Assembly: GCA_965223325.1 (NCBI GenBank)
Contig: CBDCWI010000002.1
Coordinates: 4,064,001 to 4,128,000 of the forward strand
Length of the DNA: 64,000 bases
Direction: 5' to 3'
Source of the DNA: Candidatus Multivoradales bacterium
Lineage (GTDB): Bacteria > Acidobacteriota > Thermoanaerobaculia > Multivoradales > Multivoraceae
How positions within the stretch are numbered: position 1 is the first letter of the stretch; every line of letters begins with the position of its first letter. A program made the position numbers and the translations under genes. Below the pieces are notes generated by a model, which was not told the origin of the DNA, did not search any database, and saw nothing but the letters and a program-made list of their open reading frames with translations. This document shows positions 29,633 through 39,487 of the stretch, in pieces.

Positions 29633-30610
29633 CTAGAGACCGAGCGCGGCCGGGATGATGATGGCCAACTGCAGGGCATCGAACACCGTGTGCGCCACCA
29701 TCGCAGCCAGGAGGCTCTGCCGCCAGCGCACGAGCAGGGCAAAGATCAACGATAAGAGCGTGACGCCGATCAACATCCAGGGCTGGTCGTAGGAGAGGTG
29801 GGCGAGGCCGAACATCGCAGTGGAAGCAAGAATGCCGATGCGCGGCTGCAGCAGGCCGCGAAAGAACAGCTCTTCGACGACCCCCGCCGATAGCGAGACC
29901 AACATGCGGAGGCCGAGCGAAAGGCCCGCCAGGTAGGTCACGATCTCGGGGACGTCCTGTGGCAGGAGAGACTCCGCACCGATCGCCATCAAGAAGGAGG
30001 CTGCGGCCAGATTGACCAACACGACCACCAGCCAACCCACCAGTCCGCCGGCCATGCCGATGCCGATCTCGGGCAGCCAGGTTCGCGTCCGAAGGCCCAG
30101 CTGGCGCGAGAAGCCGGCTCCTTCCAGGTGTTGGAAGCCCATGAAGCCGGCGAGGTACCAGATGACGATGCCTAGGACCAGAAAGCCGTGGGTGGCAAAC
30201 AACTGAAGCGGATGGAGGTTCTCGAGGTCGAGCGTCAGGTCGGTGCCGAAGGCCGAGAGGCTCTGGGTGATTGCGAACCAGAAGACGATCGTCAACGAGG
30301 AGTAGGCGACGAACCGTCGGATAGAGGTCGATCCGTAGAGAGCCGGCCGCGGTGGCCGGTCGATGACGGTGGTGTCGTCTCGATCGTCTCCATCTCCGTC
30401 GGCCCGTGCGAGGACGGCGGAGCTGGACGGAGCAAGGCTCGTTGCTTCGCGCGTCGAAGCTACCGTTGGCGGCGGTGGGGAAGCCAGTCCAGGAGGCACC
30501 AGGCCTGGGGGCATGAGCCCGCGGCTCCGCGTGCCGCGGTCGAAAGCCCAGACGAGTAGAACGGCCACCGCGAGCGGGCCAAAGAGGCGTAGAAGATCGA
30601 ACAGTTCCAT
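29633..30610 (-). CDS. CPBP (Abi/CAAX type II) intramembrane metalloprotease
   Basis: EELFFRG, FGLAH, AHTVFD motifs; multi-TM. Confidence 0.88.
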   Translation of the reverse strand: MELFDLLRLFGPLAVAVLLVWAFDRGTRSRGLMPPGLVPPGLASPPPPTVASTREATSLAPSSSAVLARADGDGDDRDDTTVIDRPPRPALYGSTSIRRFVAYSSLTIVFWFAITQSLSAFGTDLTLDLENLHPLQLFATHGFLVLGIVIWYLAGFMGFQHLEGAGFSRQLGLRTRTWLPEIGIGMAGGLVGWLVVVLVNLAAASFLMAIGAESLLPQDVPEIVTYLAGLSLGLRMLVSLSAGVVEELFFRGLLQPRIGILASTAMFGLAHLSYDQPWMLIGVTLLSLIFALLVRWRQSLLAAMVAHTVFDALQLAIIIPAALGL

Positions 30611-30724
30611 GAGCCTGACGGATCATATGGCTCTGGCTCTCGCCGGTGTCTCCGTTCGAGGTGAGGGCGAGGGGCCCGGAGGGGCAATCGACCTTGCTAC
30701 ACTGATCTAGGAGTTCTTCCGTAC

Positions 30725-31189
30725 ATGATGAGTCAAGCGTCGACAACCGGCGAAATCGTCCTGTCGATCGGAAGCCGCTTCGAGAACATCGAGCTCGTGC
30801 AAGCGATGGTCGATGACTCTCTCGACAAGGTGGCGATCGATGAGGACAGCCGCTACTGGATCGGAATCGCGGTGCGCGAAGCCGTGGCGAATGCGATCAA
30901 GCACGGAAATCAGCAGGATCCGGACAAGAAAGTGCGGGTCAAGATGTTGATCGATTCTTCGGAGATGGTGATTACGATCTCTGACGAAGGCGAGGGCTTC
31001 CAACCAGAAGAAGTAGAGAACCCACTAGACCCGGAGAACCTGCTGAAGCCCAGCGGACGTGGCATCTTCTATATGAAGAAGTTCATGGACGATCTTTGCT
31101 ACAGCTTCGGGCCTGAAGGCGGAACGACGGTTACCCTGCGCAAGGCGCTGGAGCCCGGCGACGATGCCGCGAAGGAGAACGAAGAATGA
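30725..31189 (+). CDS. RsbW/SpoIIAB-like anti-sigma Ser/Thr kinase
   Basis: EAVANAIKHGN, DEGEGF, SGRGIFYM (HATPase_c_2). Confidence 0.9.
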   Translation: MMSQASTTGEIVLSIGSRFENIELVQAMVDDSLDKVAIDEDSRYWIGIAVREAVANAIKHGNQQDPDKKVRVKMLIDSSEMVITISDEGEGFQPEEVENPLDPENLLKPSGRGIFYMKKFMDDLCYSFGPEGGTTVTLRKALEPGDDAAKENEE

Positions 31190-31524
31190 AAGTAACGGCA
31201 CGCGAGCGCGAGGGCGTCACCCTTCTCGACCTCAAAGGCAAGATCACTATCGGTGTCGGTGACGTCGCCCTGCGCGAAGCAGTCCAGGAAGCCCTGGCGG
31301 CAGGTGCGCGCAACATCCTGGTCAACCTCGGCGACGTATCCACCATCGACTCTTCCGGCATCGGCGAGCTGGTCGCGGCCTTCACCACGGTCACCAACCG
31401 AGGCGGCAAGCTGCGGGTGTACAACATTCCGCCCAAGGTCAGCGACATTCTGCACATCACCCAGCTAGTCACCGTGCTCGATATCTTCGAAGATGAAGAC
31501 GAAGCGGTAGCGTCCTTTCAGTAG
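31186..31524 (+). CDS. STAS anti-anti-sigma factor
   Basis: IDSSGIGEL phospho-Ser motif; coupled to kinase gene. Confidence 0.92.
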   Translation: MKVTAREREGVTLLDLKGKITIGVGDVALREAVQEALAAGARNILVNLGDVSTIDSSGIGELVAAFTTVTNRGGKLRVYNIPPKVSDILHITQLVTVLDIFEDEDEAVASFQ

Positions 31525-31594
31525 ACGCGGTGCGTGGCCTCCGCTCGAGGGTCCGTCGGGCTGTTGGCAGGTCTGGCTGATTGCGGGCGAGTTC

Positions 31595-32752
31595 ATGAGT
31601 CCGAGCCGTGACCTGCTGTTTCTGGGACTCGTTGCGGGGAGTCTTCTCCTTCCCCTGTACGCCAGCGCGCGGCCTGCAGAGGGCAGAGAGCCCACAGTTA
31701 CGCGCCCGCCCGACCGGTCGAGGCAGCTCGAGGGCATTCGCCGTGAGATCGACGACCTCGAGAACCGTCTCGAGGTCGCAGAGGCCCAGCGCAGCGACCT
31801 CGGTACGCAGCTCGAAGCGGCAACCCTGGAGGTCGAGCTCCAGGAGGCCCGTCTCGCCGAGGCGGTTGCGGCGCACCAGCAGGCGGAAATGGAGTTTCAG
31901 CTCCTCGAGAGGGACATCGAGCAACTCGAAAGCTCTGCCAACGAGCTGCTCGAGCGGCTCGGCAAGCGTCTGGCGGCGGTCTACCGCTTCGGCGCGCATG
32001 GCTATCTCAGACTCGTGCTCCAGGTCGAGCGCCGCGATGCGGTGCTGCCGACCGTGCGCCAGCTGCGCTATCTGGTGCGGCACGATGCCGAAATCCTCGA
32101 CGAATTCCGCGCTACCGAACGCCAATTGGCCACTGCTCGCGATGCCGCCCTCGACAGACAGCGGGAGATCGAGAGCTGGGTCGACCGGGAGGCCGAGCAG
32201 CAGGCCGTTGTCGACCAAACGCGAGCGCAGTTCGCCAGTCGTTTCAGCGCCGCCGAGCGCCACCAACGCGCACTCGAACAGCGAGCGCGCGATCTGGAGC
32301 AGCGCGAGCGCGGAATGGCCGAGCTCATGGCCGCACTTTCTGAGGGTCGTGCGGCAGAGCTCGCCGGTCGGCCGATTACGGACTTCCGCGGTGCCCTCGA
32401 CTGGCCGCTGTGGGGCCGCGTCACCGTCCCGTTCGGGCCACGTCGAGATCCGGTCTACGGCACGATGGTGCCCAACAACGGTATCGAGATCGCGAGCGCA
32501 GAAGGGGTGCCGGTGACGGCCGTCTTCGGTGGCCAGGTTCTGTTCGCCGCCCCCTTCCAGGACTACGGTTTCACCGTCGTCATGCAGCACGCCGGGGGCG
32601 GCATCACTCTCTATGCCGGTCTCCAGGAGCTCAGAACCGAGAGGGGAGTTGTGCTAGATTTGGGGGATATCGTGGGTGTTTCCACGGCGCGGCTCTACTT
32701 CGAGATACGCAGCGAGAACCGCCCGCAAGACCCTGCTCTCTGGCTCAGGTAG
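31595..32752 (+). CDS. EnvC-like murein hydrolase activator (coiled coil + degenerate M23)
   Basis: Signal peptide, long coiled coil, LDWPLWG, NNGIEI, LYFEIR; lacks M23 Zn ligands. Confidence 0.85.
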   Translation: MSPSRDLLFLGLVAGSLLLPLYASARPAEGREPTVTRPPDRSRQLEGIRREIDDLENRLEVAEAQRSDLGTQLEAATLEVELQEARLAEAVAAHQQAEMEFQLLERDIEQLESSANELLERLGKRLAAVYRFGAHGYLRLVLQVERRDAVLPTVRQLRYLVRHDAEILDEFRATERQLATARDAALDRQREIESWVDREAEQQAVVDQTRAQFASRFSAAERHQRALEQRARDLEQRERGMAELMAALSEGRAAELAGRPITDFRGALDWPLWGRVTVPFGPRRDPVYGTMVPNNGIEIASAEGVPVTAVFGGQVLFAAPFQDYGFTVVMQHAGGGITLYAGLQELRTERGVVLDLGDIVGVSTARLYFEIRSENRPQDPALWLR

Positions 32753-32904
32753 CGGCCTTCGCGCACGCGAGATCGGCTACCAGGCCCTGACCCCTTCAAG
32801 GCTGCCGACGTGGTCGGAATCAAAGGTGGCCGCCAGGGTTTTTCGGGTGGGGTTGATTCGTTCCTGCCCAACCGTCGACTGCCTGAGGACCACTACTCTC
32901 AATC

Positions 32905-34089
32905 ATGCAAACCAAGCGCACGAACCGGAGCCGCGTCGCCTTCTTCACGCTGTCGATCGCGCTCGTTGCCCCCCTTCTCACCAGCACTCTGTCGACCGCT
33001 TCGGCACAGCGTGGCGAGGGGCGTGACTCGCTCTACAAGTATTTGAGCGTCTTCACCGAGGTCCTGCGGCTGGTGCGGCAGGTCTACGTCGAAGAGACCG
33101 ACATTCAGAGTCTGATGGCAGGCGCCCTCGATGGCGCAACCGATGCGCTCGATCCGTTCTCGGTCTACGTTCCGGCCGAGCGCATCGATGAGTATCGCCA
33201 AACGCGGGCCATCGGAACCAGCCGCAGTGGCATTCTGGTCCTCAAGGAGCGTGGCGTGGCCTACGTCGCCGCGGTAGCAGAGGGCAGCCCCGCCAGGCAG
33301 GCGGGCGTCGAAGCAGCCGACATCATCTCCGAGATCCGTGGCGTGTCGACGCGCGACATGCCGCTCTGGCAGCTGCGCGGCCTGCTTGCTGGCGACGTGG
33401 GCGACGAGATCGCACTCGAGATCATTCGCCGCGGGTCGAACGAAACGATCGACCTGGTGCTTGGTGACTTCACCCCGCTTCCGGTCGCAGCCGAGGACGT
33501 GCGCGGCATTCAGGTGGTTCGCATCCCGCACATTACCGCGGCGACTCCGGCACAGCTCGACTCGGTCCTGGCGAAGCTCGGTGACCAGCACCTCTTGATC
33601 GATCTCCGCGGCTCGTCCGGTGGTCAACCAGAGATCGCCTATGAAGTCGCCGAGCGGTTCGTGACGGGTGAGCTCGGTAGCTTGCGCACCCGCAACGAGG
33701 TTCTCGAGAGCTACTCGTCGACCGGCACGCCAGCTTGGGATGGTGAAGTTTCCCTCCTCGTCGATCGCGGTTCGCAGGGAGCCTCTGAGGTTCTGGCCGA
33801 GATTCTGCGCGGCAGCGGTCACCGCTTGATGGGCGAGACCACGTTCGGTCATGCCGGTCGCAACTCCTTGATCGAGCTCGCCTCCGGTGGGTATCTGGAC
33901 ATCACCGACGGGTTCTTCACCGGGCCCGACGGCGAGCCGTTGGCCGAAGGCCTCGAACCAGACCTCGAGCTCGACGTTCGCGGCGCGCGCTGGGCCGATG
34001 ACGCCGAGGGCGACCCGGTGCTCGAAGAAGCCATCGAGGCCATCCTGGGCGGCCTCGAGGCCGAAGAAGAGCTACGCGACGTCGCATGA
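32905..34089 (+). CDS. S41/CtpA-family PDZ protein, catalytically degenerate
   Basis: LDPFSVY, PDZ (GSPARQAG), IDLRGSSGG; SQGASE and TFGHA in place of SASASE / TFGKG. Confidence 0.8.
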   Translation: MQTKRTNRSRVAFFTLSIALVAPLLTSTLSTASAQRGEGRDSLYKYLSVFTEVLRLVRQVYVEETDIQSLMAGALDGATDALDPFSVYVPAERIDEYRQTRAIGTSRSGILVLKERGVAYVAAVAEGSPARQAGVEAADIISEIRGVSTRDMPLWQLRGLLAGDVGDEIALEIIRRGSNETIDLVLGDFTPLPVAAEDVRGIQVVRIPHITAATPAQLDSVLAKLGDQHLLIDLRGSSGGQPEIAYEVAERFVTGELGSLRTRNEVLESYSSTGTPAWDGEVSLLVDRGSQGASEVLAEILRGSGHRLMGETTFGHAGRNSLIELASGGYLDITDGFFTGPDGEPLAEGLEPDLELDVRGARWADDAEGDPVLEEAIEAILGGLEAEEELRDVA

Positions 34090-34129
34090 CCCCCAGGGTG
34101 GGGTCTGAGCGACAACGCCGCGCGCGACT

Positions 34130-35143
34130 ATGAACCCCTCGTCGCGCCGCCGTTGGCTGGTGGCTCTCTCGGGGGGGATCATAGTCTTCGCGCTCGGTCT
34201 CTGGCTGCGAAACCACCAGCTGGCTGACCCCGCTTCGAGGTCAGAGCCAGCGACCGGAACGCAGGCCGAGGGCTCGAGGTCATCGACCGATCCTCCTTCG
34301 CCCGACACTTCTGCGGCAGACAGTGCGCCAGGCCCACTCGACTCCTCCCCGTCTCGAGAGCCAGGAGCGGTGTCCGCAGAACTGCCTCCAGGCGAAGAAG
34401 ACCGGGACCGGCTGGGCGCCGCGAGGGAGTCAGACGCACTGGGCGAGAGTGCGCCCCGGTGGAGCGAGCAGGAGTCGACAAGATGGGGTGAGGGGCGCCT
34501 GGCGTTGGTGATCGACGACCTCGGCCGCGACGTGCGCGACGTCGAGCGCTTCGGGGCCATCGCTCCGATGACCTTTGCCGTCCTACCGTTCGAGCGCCGA
34601 ACCGAGCAGGTGGTCGCGGCACTCGAAAGCGCCGGCGCGGGCTTCCTCTGTCATCTACCAATGGAGGGTGCCAGCGGGGCAGACCCGGGCCCGGGGGCGC
34701 TGCTCCTGGGAATGTCGGCCGAGGAGTTGCGGGAGAAGACCCAAGCCGCCCTGCTCGCCGTGCCGGGTGCAATGGGTGTCAACAACCACATGGGATCCGC
34801 TCTGACGGCCGACCAGGATGCGATGCAGGTCGTCCTCGACGTCGTCCGGCAGCATGACCTCTTCTTCCTCGACTCACGCACTGGTGCCGACACGGTGGGC
34901 TTCAAGCTCGCGCGCGAGCAGGGTCTGCCCGCCGCAGAGCGCCACGTCTTCCTGGATGGCGAGCGCGATGAAGAAGCGATTCGCGAGCGCTTCTGGCAAG
35001 CGGTGAGCATCGCCCGGAGCCGCGGGTTCGCAGTCGCGATCGGTCACCCCTACGGCGAAACCCTGTACGTCCTACGAAGCGAAGTGCCGCGCGCACGCGA
35101 GCTGGGCATCGAGCCGGTCGGGCTCTTGGAGCTTGTCGAGTAG
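34130..35143 (+). CDS. Divergent polysaccharide deacetylase family protein
   Basis: LVIDDLG, HLPME, GVNNHMGS, FLDSRT, VFLD, AIGHP. Confidence 0.9.
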   Translation: MNPSSRRRWLVALSGGIIVFALGLWLRNHQLADPASRSEPATGTQAEGSRSSTDPPSPDTSAADSAPGPLDSSPSREPGAVSAELPPGEEDRDRLGAARESDALGESAPRWSEQESTRWGEGRLALVIDDLGRDVRDVERFGAIAPMTFAVLPFERRTEQVVAALESAGAGFLCHLPMEGASGADPGPGALLLGMSAEELREKTQAALLAVPGAMGVNNHMGSALTADQDAMQVVLDVVRQHDLFFLDSRTGADTVGFKLAREQGLPAAERHVFLDGERDEEAIRERFWQAVSIARSRGFAVAIGHPYGETLYVLRSEVPRARELGIEPVGLLELVE

Positions 35144-35207
35144 TCGAGTATGAGACAGCGCGCTGGGTCGCTGGGCACTGGCGGGGGCATCCGGGACCGC
35201 CCAGAGC

Positions 35208-35247
35208 CTTCATGCAGGCACAATCATGATAGCATGCAGGCATGAAG
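35208..35247 (+). promoter_or_regulatory. Probable TA autoregulatory operator/promoter
   Basis: IR CTTCATGC/GCATGAAG, central palindrome ATCATGAT and direct repeat CATGCAGGCA overlapping the antitoxin start. Confidence 0.55.
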
Positions 35248-35481
35248 CAGCTGACCATTCGAAACCTTCCGGATGATGTGGCGAAGCGGCTGAAGGTGCT
35301 GAGCGAGGAAAGGGAGATGAGTGTCAACGCCACAGTCGTCTCGATCCTTGCAAACGCGGTCGGTATCGAGGGCCGGCGGAAGCGAATCGAGCGATACATC
35401 ACCTGGACGGATACTGATCTCGCCAGGTTCGAAGCTGACCTCGAGGTCCAGAGGGTTGTAGATGACGAGCTCTGGCGTTGA
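35242..35481 (+). CDS. Antitoxin, FitA/ribbon-helix-helix type
   Basis: MKQLTIRNLPDDV RHH N-terminus; directly upstream of PIN gene. Confidence 0.82.
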   Translation: MKQLTIRNLPDDVAKRLKVLSEEREMSVNATVVSILANAVGIEGRRKRIERYITWTDTDLARFEADLEVQRVVDDELWR

Positions 35482-35884
35482 ACCAGTAGCGCGCCTCGTT
35501 CTCGATACATCGGCCTACGCACACTTGCGACATGGCCACGAGGCCGTTCTGGATCACGTCGCTGCTGCAGGAATCGTCCTGTTGCCCATGATCGTGCTGG
35601 GTGAGCTGGAAGCCGGGTTTGAACTCGGGACCAGGCACCGGGAGAATCGACTCATGCTCGAGGAGTTCCTCGATGAACCCTTCGTATCGATCTTGCCGCT
35701 CAACCGCTCGTCGACGCGTAGATACGGGCGCGTGTTCGCTCAGCTCCGCACAGCGGGAACACCAATACCGATCAATGACGTATGGATTGCGGCGGCAACG
35801 ATTGATGCCGCCGCCCACCTGCTGACCTTCGACTCGGATTTCGGGCACATCGACTCGCTGGACTGCACCGTCCTGAACCGGTAG
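35462..35884 (+). CDS. vapC: VapC PIN-domain toxin
   Basis: LVLDTSAY, GEL, PINDVWIAA, LLTFDSDF. Confidence 0.9.
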   Translation: MTSSGVEPVARLVLDTSAYAHLRHGHEAVLDHVAAAGIVLLPMIVLGELEAGFELGTRHRENRLMLEEFLDEPFVSILPLNRSSTRRYGRVFAQLRTAGTPIPINDVWIAAATIDAAAHLLTFDSDFGHIDSLDCTVLNR

Positions 35885-36097
35885 GTGCGAGTGGCGCCGA
35901 GCTTGCCCACCTTGATCACCGTCACCCACCAGAGTTCTGGGCGCAGCGCGAGTCGCGAGCCTCCTGATCGAACGCAGCGAAGACCCGGCGACTGAACCAA
36001 CGACGCGATCGAACCGACGGAGGGTACTTCGGTCTCTCGAAGGCGACATGCTTCCAGGCGAGATTCGAGCCCTCATCGACCGTCTGGAGTGAGCAGC

Positions 36098-36931
36098 TCA
36101 GGACTCCTGCTCCACCCCTCCGAGAGCCAGGTCCTGGTCCTTTGCCTCGTTCCACCACGCTTCGAGCCTCTCGAGGTCACGCGTGCCGCCCGCTTCTCGC
36201 TGCTGACGCTCGACCCAGGCGAAGCGGCGACGGAACTTCTGGTTGGCGCCGGCCAGAGCGCCTTCGGCATCGATGCCGTGGTGGCGGGCGAGCGAGGCGA
36301 CGGCGAAGAGCAGGTCGCCGATCTCTTCGCTGACCGCCGTGCGTGAAGCTTCGGTCTGCGCGCCGGCTGCTCGCACCTCAGCGAGCTCCTCGCGGACCTT
36401 CTCGAAGACTCCCTCCGTGTCGGGCCAGTCGAAGCCAAGCCCCGCCGCCTTTTCCGCCAGGCGGTGCGCCGCGACCAGGGCTGGCAGGGTTTCGGGCACG
36501 CCCTCGAGCGCCGATCTCTCTGGGCGCTCCTTTCGCTTTTGCTCCTGCCACAGTTGTTTGACCTCAGCCGCGGAGCGCGCGGTGGCTTCCCCGAAGACGT
36601 GTGGATGGCGTTCCACCATCTTGTCGACGACGCCGTTCAAGACCTCCTTGAAGCCGAACCAGCCGCGGTCCTCAGCAAGATCGGCCAGGAAAACCACCTG
36701 GAAGCTCAGGTCGCCGAGTTCCTCGCCCATCCGGTTGCGGTCGTTGTGGTCGATCGCAGCGGCGGTCTCATGCGCCTCTTCGAGCAGGTTCGAGCGGCAG
36801 CTGGCGAGGGTCTGTTCCTGGTCCCATGGGCATCCGTCCGGCCCGCGGAGGTGGCGAATCAGTCCCTGGAGGCGATCAAGGGCCGAGCCGGCGGAGTTTC
36901 TGACCTCGAAGGGGTCACGATCAGCACCCAT
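36098..36931 (-). CDS. mazG: Nucleoside triphosphate pyrophosphohydrolase
   Basis: LRGPDGCPWDQEQT, EELGDL, RHPHVFG, GFDW, EEIGDLLF. Confidence 0.95.
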   Translation of the reverse strand: MGADRDPFEVRNSAGSALDRLQGLIRHLRGPDGCPWDQEQTLASCRSNLLEEAHETAAAIDHNDRNRMGEELGDLSFQVVFLADLAEDRGWFGFKEVLNGVVDKMVERHPHVFGEATARSAAEVKQLWQEQKRKERPERSALEGVPETLPALVAAHRLAEKAAGLGFDWPDTEGVFEKVREELAEVRAAGAQTEASRTAVSEEIGDLLFAVASLARHHGIDAEGALAGANQKFRRRFAWVERQQREAGGTRDLERLEAWWNEAKDQDLALGGVEQES

Positions 36932-37171
36932 GGTGATATCTCCAGATTCTCGCTTGCCGCGTTTCCCTAGTGCTTGCTAGGATATTCGATCGTGTGCGTG
37001 TTGGCCGTTAGAACACGTGCAACTCCTGCCAATGGAGCAATTTGCCGCAGAAGCGCGGTGGTGTCAAAGGCGCCCCGTGTTGTGCGGAGCGCCTGCGGCT
37101 TCTGGCAGCGCTGAGAATGCTCCGGTGCGACCGAGTCATGGTGAGACCGAGGGCTGACCTCCGAGGACTGA

Positions 37172-37684
37172 ATGAGCGATCAGATCAAGGTTACCGACAA
37201 CCGGATATTCGATGAAGACGGTGAATTGCGAGAAGAGTTCCGCCATCTCGAGGCGGAACAGCAAGCCGAGTCGAGAGCGCCGAAGGCGCCCGAGCCAGCT
37301 GCGACTGGCGAGCCAGTGGTGACCGGGCCGCCCGTTGAAGAGGCACCGTCCGTCGCCTCCCAGGCCGCCGCTGGCCCTGCGCCTGCTACTGAGGCGCCAC
37401 CCTCGCGAGCGGACACCGTCGATATGCCGAGTGGCTCTGGCCAGCAGGTGCAGTTTCTCGACCTCTTGGCGGTCCTGGTGGAGCCGACCTATTTGTTTCT
37501 CGGTGAGGCTAGCCTCCCCGATGGCTCGTCGGCAGAGGATCTGGATAGAGCCCGCCTCTACATCGATCTTCTCGGCGTTCTGCAGGAGAAGTCGAGTGGC
37601 AATCTAGACGCCCAGGAGGCGGCGGTACTCGACGACCTGCTGTACCGCCTGCGCCTTGCCTACGTGGAGAAGACGGGCGCCTAG
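37172..37684 (+). CDS. DUF1844-domain protein
   Basis: KVTDNRIF N-terminus; ARLYIDLLGVLQEKSSGNL...LYRLRLAYVE. Confidence 0.75.
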   Translation: MSDQIKVTDNRIFDEDGELREEFRHLEAEQQAESRAPKAPEPAATGEPVVTGPPVEEAPSVASQAAAGPAPATEAPPSRADTVDMPSGSGQQVQFLDLLAVLVEPTYLFLGEASLPDGSSAEDLDRARLYIDLLGVLQEKSSGNLDAQEAAVLDDLLYRLRLAYVEKTGA

Positions 37685-37706
37685 CGGCGCTGTGTCCACT
37701 TCTGTG

Positions 37707-39473
37707 ATGCCTTTTGGCTTTGCACCGAGCGCGCCCGCCTCAAGCGGGCGAGCGGGCTTGAGAACTGGCTCTGTGCTCCTGCAGTGGAGCCTGTTCTTCG
37801 TGCTGCTCATCGTTGGTGCCCTGCCGGTCCACGGTGCAGAAGGTGAGTCCGACAACACCGTTCCGCTGTCGGTCGAACTGCAAGAGAAGCTCGCCCGACT
37901 GAACGATCAATGGTTGGTGTGGAACACCGCGTTCCTGCAGGGCAATCAGGCGACGGCCGGAGTGGCAGTTCGCGACATGATGTATTCGGTCGATGATCTC
38001 GGCATGGAAACCTTGCCGGATTTGACGCTCGGGATGATTTCGCGGGCCGTCAACGCGGCCCGCGAGGGTGAGACGGCGAAGGCGGTCTGGGGGCTGGAAA
38101 TGGCCGAGCGCATGGACCCGGATCGTCCCGAGACTGCCCTGGGTCGCAGTCGCGTCGCGGCTCTCGACAAGGACTGGGTGTCGGCGGCAGGGCACTGGGT
38201 CGAGGCCCAGGTGCGGTTGCTCGAGAGTCGCCAGACCCGCTTTCTGGTCCTCAGCAACGTACTGTTGTGGTTGTTGTCGGCGCTGATGTTGGCCGGGCTG
38301 CTGTACGTGGCACTCCTCTTTGCGACTCGTGGCGGCAGGGTCGTCCGGGCGCTGGCAGGAAAGCTCGGCATTCTTCCTACGCCGCTCGCCTACGCCCTGA
38401 TTCTCGTGGTGCTTGTTGGGCCGATGTTCTTGCCCCGCGGCTTCATCTGGGTGGCTCTCTTGTGGATGGTGCTCCTGTGGAGTGCGTGCGAAATCAACGA
38501 ACGTTGGGTCCTGGGTGGTGTGTGCCTGCTCCTCGGTCTGGCGCCGGTGGTGGTTCTTCAGCAGCAGCGTGGCGTTGAGGTGGCGGTCTCCCACCAGCTG
38601 CGCGCAGTGGACAGTGCGATCGAAGGGCGCCTTAATGGCCAGCTACTGAACGACCTGGACCGCCTGCGTTGGACCCTTCCGACCAGCGTGGCTGTGACCC
38701 AGCTGATTGCCGACGCACACATGCGTCTCGGCCAGGATCAGGTGGCCCGACCGCTCTACCGGCAGGTGGCCGAGGAAGAACCTGACAACGCTTCCGCCTT
38801 CATCAATCTGGGGATTTTCCACAGCCGTCGGGCCGAGCACTTCCAGGCGATTCCCTTCTACGAGCGCGCGGTCGAAGTTGCCGATGCTCCGTTGGTCGCC
38901 TACTACAACCTGGCGCAGGCCTATCGAGAGTTGCTCGAGTTCGAGCGCGCCGACGAAAACCTCGAGAAGGCCCGCGCGGCCGACGCCGCGACGCTCAGTC
39001 GCTGGATCAAGGAGTCGCGGACGGCCCAACCTCTGTTTGGCGGTTTCGAACGTCGCGATGTGATTCGTGACGAACTCGAAGCGACCTGGGACGGTGCTTC
39101 GCGCAGTGCCGCGGATCAGTTGCTCTCCAACGCGTCGTCCGCACCGCTGGCACTCCTGGTGCCAATCCTCGGCATGATGGTTGGGCGTGGTCTGCACACT
39201 CCGCCTGGACCTCCGGCAGCCAAAACCGGCTTTCTCGACCGGGCCCTCCAGTTCATCGTTCCGGGCTTGCCGTCGGCCGAAGATGGTCGCGGCGTGCGGG
39301 CCTACCTGGCCGCCCTCATGCCGATCCTTGCCGTCACGCTACCGTTGATTGGCTACATCGGTTACCGAGTGCCTCTTGGTTATGACCCCGGGCAGGCGGT
39401 GACCTCGGTGGTCGGCATCGGGATGCTGGCACTGTTTTATCTGTTTCGGCTTCCGATGCTGTTTCGCGCCTAG
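37707..39473 (+). CDS. TPR-containing membrane protein
   Basis: Signal/TM segments plus TPR repeats (AFINLG, AYYNLAQAY); start approximate. Confidence 0.7.
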   Translation: MPFGFAPSAPASSGRAGLRTGSVLLQWSLFFVLLIVGALPVHGAEGESDNTVPLSVELQEKLARLNDQWLVWNTAFLQGNQATAGVAVRDMMYSVDDLGMETLPDLTLGMISRAVNAAREGETAKAVWGLEMAERMDPDRPETALGRSRVAALDKDWVSAAGHWVEAQVRLLESRQTRFLVLSNVLLWLLSALMLAGLLYVALLFATRGGRVVRALAGKLGILPTPLAYALILVVLVGPMFLPRGFIWVALLWMVLLWSACEINERWVLGGVCLLLGLAPVVVLQQQRGVEVAVSHQLRAVDSAIEGRLNGQLLNDLDRLRWTLPTSVAVTQLIADAHMRLGQDQVARPLYRQVAEEEPDNASAFINLGIFHSRRAEHFQAIPFYERAVEVADAPLVAYYNLAQAYRELLEFERADENLEKARAADAATLSRWIKESRTAQPLFGGFERRDVIRDELEATWDGASRSAADQLLSNASSAPLALLVPILGMMVGRGLHTPPGPPAAKTGFLDRALQFIVPGLPSAEDGRGVRAYLAALMPILAVTLPLIGYIGYRVPLGYDPGQAVTSVVGIGMLALFYLFRLPMLFRA

Positions 39474-39487
39474 GTAAGAGGTTCGCT

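Noticed and set aside
36932-37171. Possible ncRNA between mazG and DUF1844
   Set aside because: Some GC-rich pairing but no recognisable family motif; cannot be supported without an Rfam scan.
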